Assembly: GCA_963814325.1 (NCBI GenBank)
Contig: CAWFCK010000005.1
Location: 131,383-195,382, forward strand
Length of the DNA stretch: 64,000 bases
Direction: 5' to 3'
From: an uncultured Flavobacteriales bacterium
GTDB taxonomy: Bacteria; Bacteroidota; Bacteroidia; Flavobacteriales_F; PHOS-HE28
The translations under genes were made by a program, and so were the position numbers. The notes below the pieces were generated by a model. The model was not told where the DNA came from, ran no database searches, and was given only the letters and a program-made list of their open reading frames with translations. Each line of letters begins with the position of its first letter. Position 1 is the first letter of the stretch. This document shows positions 57,246 to 64,000 of this stretch, piece by piece.

Positions 57246-59054
57246 ATGCGAGCGCTATTGATCCCCTGCGCCTTTCTGGGCGCCTCCCTCCTGCCCGCTC
57301 AGGAGATCACCAATATCCGTATCAGCGACTCCCTTGCCCTGCAGGTGATGGAAGGGCAGTACGACCCATCGGCGTTCGCTGCCCCCCTGGTGATCGATGA
57401 TCACTACCAGATCATCTGTGAGCTGCGCACGCTCATTTCGGCCGACTCACTGAAAGCCCATATCGAACGCCTCGTCTCCTTCCAGACCCGGCACACCTTC
57501 TCCGATACACTTTCAAATGCGACAGGCATCGGCGCAGCGCGGCGCTGGGCCTTCCAGCGGTTCCAGGCGTACAGCGATGCGAACAGCGGGCGCCTGATCC
57601 CCGCCTATCTGCGTTTCGACTACGCGGATGACGTGTGTGGCACAGCGCAGGACCTGCGCAACGTACTGGCCGTGCTGCCCGGCAGGGACACGAGCAACAA
57701 GAGCATCGTGCTCATCGAGGCTCACTTGGACAGCCGTTGCGAGGACAACTGCGATGCCGTCTGCCAGGCGCAAGGCGCGGATGACAACGCCAGCGGAAGC
57801 GCCTTGGTGATCGAACTGGCACGGGTCCTCAGCCGATACACCTTCGACCATACCATCGTCCTCATGCTCACCGTTGGCGAGGAACAAGGCCTCGTGGGAG
57901 CCTCGGCGATGTCCACCTTCTGTGTGGAACAGGGCATTGCCATCAAAGGCGTTCAGAACAACGACATCGTGGGTGGCATCTGGTGCGGCACCACCTCCTC
58001 CGAGCCCGGGTGCCCCGCTGAGGGCGATGTGGACAGCCTGCATGTGCGGCTCTTTTCGAATGGATCCATCACGCGCACCTATCGAGGCTTCGCTCGCACG
58101 ATCAAGATGTATTACGAGGAGAAGTTGCGCTCGCAGGTACCTGTGCCGATGGACATCGAGATAATGAATGTGGAGGACCGGACCGATCGCGGAGGGGATC
58201 ACATTCCGTTCCGGATGGATGACTTCCGCAACGTGCGCTTCACCTCGGCAAATGAGCATGGCAATGCCAATGTGGAGGACAGCACCTACCACGACCGTCA
58301 GCACACCAGCAACGACGTGCTCGGCGTGGACACCGATGGCGACCTGGTCGTGGACAGCTTCTTTGTGGACTTCAACTACCTCCAGCGGAACACGGTGATC
58401 AACGGGCTAACGGCGACCATGCTGGCGCTAGGACCAGAACCGCCGGAGTTCATCGTTCATGACGAACCCACGGGGCTTCGTGTATCCTTCACCCCCGCGC
58501 CCGACGACCTGGCCTATCGCATCGGCGTACGCGCAGGCAACACCAACCCGGACTTCACCGGCGTCTACCGCACAGCGGACACCAGCTTCCTTATCCCCGG
58601 ACTATCGGCCGGTGTGTTGTATTACATCAGTGCGGCCACCATCGATCCGTCCGGCATCATGAGCCCCTTCAGCCGTGAGTATGGCAAGAGCAACGACGCC
58701 GACACGCCACCTGCATTGGTGGATGATCTGCCATATGGGATCAACTGCGCATCGATCGGCCTGCCGGAGCTGCATCAGCCGGGAACGTCGGGCGTCGCGC
58801 TGCTCGCCTCGCCCAATCCCTTCCAGCGCAGCACGGAGATCAGGATATCGAACGTGGCAGCGGAGCATCTCCGCCATGGCGCGGTGGTCATTTCGGACAT
58901 GATGGGACGCGAAGTGGCCCGTTTACCCATCGAACGTTGCGGTGATGATGGGCGCGTGACATACGTGCACCGTGGAGCAGCTGGCATGCTGATGGCGCGC
59001 TATGTAGGGAACGGCCGATCGGGGGCGGCGATACTATTGATGGCCAATGAATGA
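57246..59054 (+). CDS. M28-family metallopeptidase with FN3-like domain and T9SS CTD
   Basis: Signal peptide MRALLIPCAFLGASLLPAQ. Zinc ligand regions IEAHLDS, GADDNASGSA, GEEQGLVGA and DHIPF. CTD ASPNPFQRSTEIRI... Confidence 0.85.
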   Translation: MRALLIPCAFLGASLLPAQEITNIRISDSLALQVMEGQYDPSAFAAPLVIDDHYQIICELRTLISADSLKAHIERLVSFQTRHTFSDTLSNATGIGAARRWAFQRFQAYSDANSGRLIPAYLRFDYADDVCGTAQDLRNVLAVLPGRDTSNKSIVLIEAHLDSRCEDNCDAVCQAQGADDNASGSALVIELARVLSRYTFDHTIVLMLTVGEEQGLVGASAMSTFCVEQGIAIKGVQNNDIVGGIWCGTTSSEPGCPAEGDVDSLHVRLFSNGSITRTYRGFARTIKMYYEEKLRSQVPVPMDIEIMNVEDRTDRGGDHIPFRMDDFRNVRFTSANEHGNANVEDSTYHDRQHTSNDVLGVDTDGDLVVDSFFVDFNYLQRNTVINGLTATMLALGPEPPEFIVHDEPTGLRVSFTPAPDDLAYRIGVRAGNTNPDFTGVYRTADTSFLIPGLSAGVLYYISAATIDPSGIMSPFSREYGKSNDADTPPALVDDLPYGINCASIGLPELHQPGTSGVALLASPNPFQRSTEIRISNVAAEHLRHGAVVISDMMGREVARLPIERCGDDGRVTYVHRGAAGMLMARYVGNGRSGAAILLMANE

Positions 59055-59083
59055 TCCATCGTGCGCCTTGCAGCGCCGGATGA

Positions 59084-59779
59084 TCAGTTCATGCTGACCG
59101 GAACGGGAGCCAGGCCATGCTTGCGGAACAGCCGGGCCTTGCGCTTTTCCAAGCGGGCCTGGGCGCGTTCGGTACGTGCTGGACGTGGCGTGCAGAGGAG
59201 TTCACCGTTCTCCACGCGTTTCACGATGCTTTCCACCAAGGCATCATCGCCTTCTGGATCATAGTCGTCCTTCAGGTCATTGCCGAACAGCTTGGCCACG
59301 CCCTGCCACACCCAAGCGTTGAATGATCCGCGCAGTTGCTTCACCAGCTCGTAGCTCGTGTGGCCTGTTTCGCGATCGATCAGCTTGATCAGCAGCCGGC
59401 CCTGGCTGACGGTCATGTTCTTCAATTCCTCCTCGAATTCCGCGCGCAACTCGGCCTCGGCCAGCTTCAAGTACAGGTCCTTGTCGTGTTCCCGCTCGAT
59501 CGTCGTAAGGTCGTGATCGTACTGATCGAGCAGCTTGGCCGTGGTCACCGCATACGGGAAGACCTTCTGCACGTTGCGCGTGAGCTTGTCCGCGCGCTCA
59601 GCCTGCCGTTTGGCCTTGCCCGTGAGCTTGGCTTCCACGGTGACCTCGGCAAGCGTGTACATCGGGATGGTATCCGGACCCTGGATGGCAACCGGCGTGA
59701 GCACCGGCGCCTGCGCGAACATGCCATGGCCCAGGACCAGGAAAGCTCCGAGCAGTGGGATGTGTGCGGTGATGCGCAT
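59084..59779 (-). CDS. DUF4294-like secreted protein
   Basis: ATG 59779 gives the signal peptide MRITAHIPLLGAFLVLGHGMFAQ. LAEVTVEAK...VFPYAVTTAKLL...VSQGRLLIKLIDRETGHTSYELVKQLRG is as I recall for DUF4294. The family name is from memory. Confidence 0.65.
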   Translation of the reverse strand: MRITAHIPLLGAFLVLGHGMFAQAPVLTPVAIQGPDTIPMYTLAEVTVEAKLTGKAKRQAERADKLTRNVQKVFPYAVTTAKLLDQYDHDLTTIEREHDKDLYLKLAEAELRAEFEEELKNMTVSQGRLLIKLIDRETGHTSYELVKQLRGSFNAWVWQGVAKLFGNDLKDDYDPEGDDALVESIVKRVENGELLCTPRPARTERAQARLEKRKARLFRKHGLAPVPVSMN

Positions 59780-59844
59780 GGACACGATGCGGAAGTTGCA
59801 AGTTAGCAACGTCCGATGGGCTGGTTCAGTATCCCTTCAACGGC

Positions 59845-61343
59845 TTATCGCCGATTCAGTTTCCATGCCGAGATCCCGCCTGCCTGGGCCTGCGGCGCCA
59901 CGGGTCGGTTGGCCCGGGCAGCCGACAGATGGCCCGCGACGAGCGCTGCGGCCGCCATTTCACCCTCGTCCGTGCCCAGGAGGAACTCCGGCCGGAAGTG
60001 ATCGCGCACGAAATGGGTGTCGTATTTCCCGCTGCGGAACGACGAATGGCCCATGACATAGCGGCAGAAGGGCAAGGTCGTTTCCACGCCCGCGATGGCG
60101 TAATCGTCGATGGCGCGTTCCATGCGGCTGATGGCCTCTTCGCGCGTGGCCCCGTGCGTGATCAACTTGGCGATCATGGGGTCGTAGTGGATCGGGATGG
60201 TCATGCCCTCCTCGAAGCCGTCATCCACGCGCACGCCGGGGCCTTGCGGGGGGCGGTAGGTGGTGAGGGTGCCGATGTCCGGCAGGAAGTTGTTTGCGGG
60301 GTCCTCGGCGTACACGCGCACCTCGATGGCATGGCCCATCGATCTTCAGCTCGTCCTGGTTGAAGGGCAGCTTCTCCCCTTCCGCCACGCGGATCTGGAG
60401 CTTCACGAGGTCGAGCCCGGTGATCATCTCGGTCACGGGATGCTCCACCTGCAGGCGGGTGTTCATCTCCATGAAGTAGAAGTGCATCTGCTCATCGAGC
60501 AGGAACTCCACGGTACCGGCGCCTGTGTAATCCACACTGCGGGCCACGGCCACGGCGGCCTCGCCCATGCGTTTGCGCAGTTCGGGCGTGAGCACGGCGC
60601 TGGGCGCCTCCTCCACCACCTTCTGGTGACGGCGCTGGATGCTGCATTCGCGCTCGAACAGGTAGCAGGTGTTGCCGTGGGTATCGGCCATGATCTGCAC
60701 CTCGATGTGGCGCGGCCCGGCCACGTACTTTTCGATGAACACGCTGCCATCGCCGAAAGCGTTCTGCGCCTCGCTGATGGCGCGCTCGAGGCCTTCCTTC
60801 AGCTCGCTCTCCTTCTCCACGATGCGCATGCCCTTGCCGCCGCCACCGGCCGCGGCCTTGATGAGGATCGGGAAGGTGATGGTCTTGGCCACCTTGATCG
60901 CTTCATCCAACCCGCTCACGGCGCCCTCGGTACCGGGTACCAGTGGCACGCCATGGCCTTTCACCGCTTCTTTGGCCGCGAGCTTGTCGCCCATCACCTT
61001 CATGGCGTGCGGCGAGGGGCCCGACGAAGATCACGCCGGCCTTCTCCAATGCCCGGCAGAAGTCGCCGTTCTCGCTGAGAAAGCCGTAGCCGGGGTGAAC
61101 GGCATCCACCTTGAGGTCGGTGCACACCTTGATGATCTTGTCGAAGACCAGGTAGCTCTCCTTGCTGGCGGCGGGCCCAATGCACACGGCCTCATCGGCG
61201 AAGCGCACGAAAGGCGCGTTGCGATCGGCCTCTGAATACACCGCCACGGTGCTGATGCCCATTTCGCGGGCGGAGCGCATCACGCGCAGGGCGATCTCGC
61301 CACGGTTGGCGACGAGCAGTTTGTGGATCTTCTTGTTTGCCAT
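59845..61343 (-). CDS. accC: acetyl-CoA carboxylase biotin carboxylase subunit; two 1-nt frame disruptions (about 61017 and 60336)
   Basis: KLLVANRGEIALRVMR... (ORF 60903..61343), ILIKAAAGGGGKGMR...EMNTRLQVEHPVTE (ORF 60221..61003) and HAIEVRVYAEDP... (ORF 59845..60339) tile one AccC. Both shifts fall in G/C homopolymer runs. Confidence 0.92.
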
Positions 61344-61467
61344 TAGGGTTGCCGGAGGGCTGCGCGAAGATGCGAAGGCTTGGGCTCATTTCAGGCGGGC
61401 CCGAACGCGCTGGTCCGCACCGCGGCTTGAGCGATCTTGTGCCCGGCCTCCTCTCCGGCCACACCCC

Positions 61468-62421
61468 ATGCGCACCCGCCTTACCGACATGCTCCGGCTG
61501 GAGCACCCGCTGATCATGGCCCCGATGTTCCTGGTGAGCAACGCGGCCATGGTGATCGAGGGCATGCGCTGCGGCGTGGCGGGCTGCATTCCTGCGCTCA
61601 ACTACCGCACCATCGATGAGATGCGCGCTGTGATACACGAGCTGAAGGCCGCCAAGGCCGCGGTCGGCAAGGGAGCGTTCGGCTTCAACCTCATCGTGAA
61701 CAAGAGCAATCCGAAGGCGGCCGCCCAGCTCGAAGCGATCTGCGCGGAGGGCTGCGACTTCATCATCACCTCGCTGGGCAGTCCGGAGGAGACCATCAAA
61801 CGCGCGCACGCCAAGGGCATCAAGGTCTTCTGCGATGTCACCGACCTGCGCTTCGCGCAGAAGGTGGAGGCCCTGGGCGCCGATGCCGTGATCGCCGTGA
61901 ACAACGAAGCGGGTGGCCACCGCGGCGAACTGGATCCGCAGGCGCTCATCGAACTGCTGCGGGCGAACTGCCGCATACCGGTGATCTCTGCCGGTGGCGT
62001 GGGCACGAAGGCGGAAATGGACCGGATGCTGGCCTGGGGTGCCGAAGGCGTTTCGGTGGGCAGCCCGTTCATCGCGTCAACGGAAGCGCCGATCACCGAA
62101 GAATACAAGCAGGCCTGCGTGGACTTTGGCGCGGAGGACATCGTGCTCACCGAACGGATCAGTGGCACGCCGTGCACGGTGATCAACACGCCGTACGTGC
62201 AGCGCATCGGTACGCGTTCGCCCTGGCTGGAGCGGCAGCTGAACAAGAACCGCCGCCTGAAGAAGTGGGTGAAGATGATCCGCTTCTACGTGGGCATGAA
62301 GGCCACCGAGAAGGCCGCTCAGCAGGCCACGTACAAAACGGTGTGGGTGGCGGGACCGAGCATTGCGCACACCAAGGCCGTGGAGCCGGTGCGCACGATC
62401 ATCGGCAGGCTGGTGGATTGA
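61468..62421 (+). CDS. nitronate monooxygenase / FabK-like FMN-dependent oxidoreductase (NMO family)
   Basis: ATG 61468 within ORF 61162..62421. Motifs LEHPLIMAPMFLVSN, AVNNEAGGHRG, PVISAGGVG and GAEGVSVGSPF. Confidence 0.85.
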   Translation: MRTRLTDMLRLEHPLIMAPMFLVSNAAMVIEGMRCGVAGCIPALNYRTIDEMRAVIHELKAAKAAVGKGAFGFNLIVNKSNPKAAAQLEAICAEGCDFIITSLGSPEETIKRAHAKGIKVFCDVTDLRFAQKVEALGADAVIAVNNEAGGHRGELDPQALIELLRANCRIPVISAGGVGTKAEMDRMLAWGAEGVSVGSPFIASTEAPITEEYKQACVDFGAEDIVLTERISGTPCTVINTPYVQRIGTRSPWLERQLNKNRRLKKWVKMIRFYVGMKATEKAAQQATYKTVWVAGPSIAHTKAVEPVRTIIGRLVD

Positions 62422-62425
62422 ACGC

Positions 62426-62454
62426 GAACGCCCGAAGCGGAGCTCCGGGCGTTC
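62426..62454. terminator. hairpin between convergent genes (probable bidirectional terminator)
   Basis: gaacgcccg-aagcggagctc-cgggcgttc has a 9-bp perfect stem. Confidence 0.55.
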
Positions 62455-62475
62455 AATGTCATGCGCGATATGCGC

Positions 62476-63669
62476 TCAGGCCAGCACCTGCTTCACACGG
62501 TCGGCCGCTTCCTGCAGGGCCACGGCGCTCAGCACCTTCAGCCCGCTGTCGTCGATGAGCTTCTTGGCCTCCACGGCGTTGGTGCCTTGCAGGCGCACGA
62601 TGATGGGCACCTTGATGTCGCCGATGTTCTTGTAGGCATCCACCACCCCCTGCGCCACGCGGTCGCAGCGCACGATGCCGCCGAAGATGTTCACCAGGAT
62701 GGCTTTCACGCGCTCGTCCTTCAGGATGATGCGGAAGGCCTTTTCCACGCGGGCCGCATCGGCGGTGCCGCCCACGTCGAGGAAGTTGGCGGGTTCGCCA
62801 CCGCTGAGCTTGATGATGTCCATGGTGGCCATGGCCAGTCCGGCGCCGTTCACCATGCAGCCCACGTTGCCGTCGAGGCGCACGTAGTTCAGGCCGGCCT
62901 CACCGGCTTCCACTTCAATGGGATCCTCCTCGGTCTTGTCGCGCATTTCGGCGTAGTCCGGGTGGCGGTACAGCGCATTGCCATCGAGGCGCACCTTGGC
63001 ATCCACGGCGGCCACGCGGTCGTCGCTCATCTTCAGCACGGGGTTGATCTCGAACATGGCGGCATCGCAGCCTTCGTAGGCGCGGTAGAGCGCGGCCACG
63101 AACTTCACCATCTCCTTTTTGGCAGTGCCCGGTAAGGCCGAGGTTGGTGGCGATCTTGGCGCACTGGAAGGGGCGCAGGCCCACGCGCGGGTCCACGAAC
63201 TCCTTCTGGATCTTTTCGGGGTGATGCTCGGCCACCTCTTCGATGTCCATGCCGCCCTCGGTGCTGTACACGATCACGTTCTGGCCGGTGCCGCGGTCCA
63301 GCAGCACGCTCATGTAGTATTCCTTGATCTCGCTGGCGCCCGGGCTAGTACATATCCTCCGCGATGAGCACCTTGTTCACCTTCTTGCCCTGGGGCGGTG
63401 TCTGGGGCGTCTTCAGCATCATGCCAACGATGGCACCCGCTCTTCTCGCGCACCTCGTCATAGCTCTTGGCGAGCTTCACGCCGCCGCCCTTTCCGCGTC
63501 CGCCGGCATGGATCTGGGCCTTCACCACCCAGAACTTGGTACCGGTCTCGGCGGTGAGGCGCTTGGCGGCGTCGACGGCCTCATCGGCGTTGTAGGCCAC
63601 GATGCCGCGCTGAACGGTGACACCGAATTGCTGGAGGATCTGCTTGCCTTGGTACTCGTGAAGGTTCAT
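62476..63669 (-). CDS. sucC: succinyl-CoA ligase (ADP-forming) beta subunit; three frame disruptions (about 63440, 63347, 63120)
   Basis: [17 protein letters not shown]... (ORF 63310..63669), [27 protein letters not shown] (ORF 62915..63313) and FEINPV...[17 protein letters not shown]...[10 protein letters not shown] (ORF 62476..63111) tile one SucC. Confidence 0.92.
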
Positions 63670-63740
63670 GTGCGGTGAAAAGTGTGGGGGCGAAAGTAAA
63701 GCCCGATCGATAACCGCCGAGGCTGCTTCCTTTGCAGAAC

Positions 63741-64000
63741 ATGATCCAGGCGAAAAGCATCCGCAAGACCTTCGGCGACCTGCCCGTGCTGAAGGGCGTG
63801 GACCTGCACGTGGCCCAAGGCGAAGTGGTGAGCATTGTGGGCGCCAGCGGCGCGGGCAAGACCACCCTGCTGCAGATCCTGGGCACCCTGGAGCGCATGG
63901 ACAGCGGCACGTTGACGATCGGGGGCCAGGAGGTATCGACGATGCGCTCCAACGAACTGGCGGCCTTCCGCAACCGGCACATCGGCTTCGTGTTCCAGTT
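63741..64000 (+). CDS. ABC transporter ATP-binding protein (LolD/FtsE-like), N-terminal part; runs off the window
   Basis: My own translation from ATG 63741 gives [56 protein letters not shown]...HIGFVFQ, which contains a Walker A motif. It is absent from the ORF track because no stop lies inside the window. Confidence 0.85.
   Translation, partial: MIQAKSIRKTFGDLPVLKGVDLHVAQGEVVSIVGASGAGKTTLLQILGTLERMDSGTLTIGGQEVSTMRSNELAAFRNRHIGFVFQ

Noticed and set aside
17448-63669. Frame disruptions as programmed recoding (ribosomal frameshifting) in mutL, accC, sucC, lgt and others.
   Set aside because: No slippery heptamers or downstream structures are present at the shift points. The shifts sit in G/C homopolymers and occur in unrelated genes. 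Only the IS3 A AAA AAG site fits a known recoding signal.

Overview
GC-rich chromosomal segment that looks Bacteroidota-like. At least 11 predicted proteins end in T9SS-type C-terminal sorting domains, there is a TonB-dependent receptor, and two intergenic regions carry TAnnTTTG-type -7 boxes. I can support about 55 genes. Most are housekeeping: mutL, two rhomboid proteases, mtaB, lgt, an IMPase, fsa, tsaC, nnr, pcm, hbd, accC, sucC, a GH3/beta-lactamase fusion and an ABC efflux set. Four kinds of accessory content interrupt them. (1) An 11.5-kb divergent array of five paralogous T9SS-sorted adhesin-like genes at 23.3-34.8 kb, with variable N-terminal heads and a nearly invariant C-terminal module that is also conserved at the nucleotide level. 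(2) An IS3-family element at 13460-14877 with terminal inverted repeats, a 3-bp CAT target duplication and a canonical A AAA AAG slippery site. It sits inside a mosaic intergenic repeat built from tandem 10-, 9- and 8-nt sub-repeats. (3) Weaker related copies of that repeat at about 5.8 kb and 45.9 kb. (4) A REP-like GC-hairpin cluster at 38.5-38.7 kb and degenerate heptamer tandem repeats at 3.5 kb and 45.0 kb. I found no rRNA, tRNA or CRISPR array. The sequence carries roughly three dozen apparent single-nucleotide frame disruptions, several in essential genes (accC, lgt, sucC, mutL). Most are therefore probably assembly or homopolymer errors, and many CDS below span several ORF-track fragments. 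The disruptions are strongly clustered at 41-45 kb in a symporter and a VIT-vWA gene, which could be real pseudogenes. I could not support a new multi-gene system such as a defence, toxin or biosynthetic cluster. The most unusual content is the paralog array and the helically phased repeat family.
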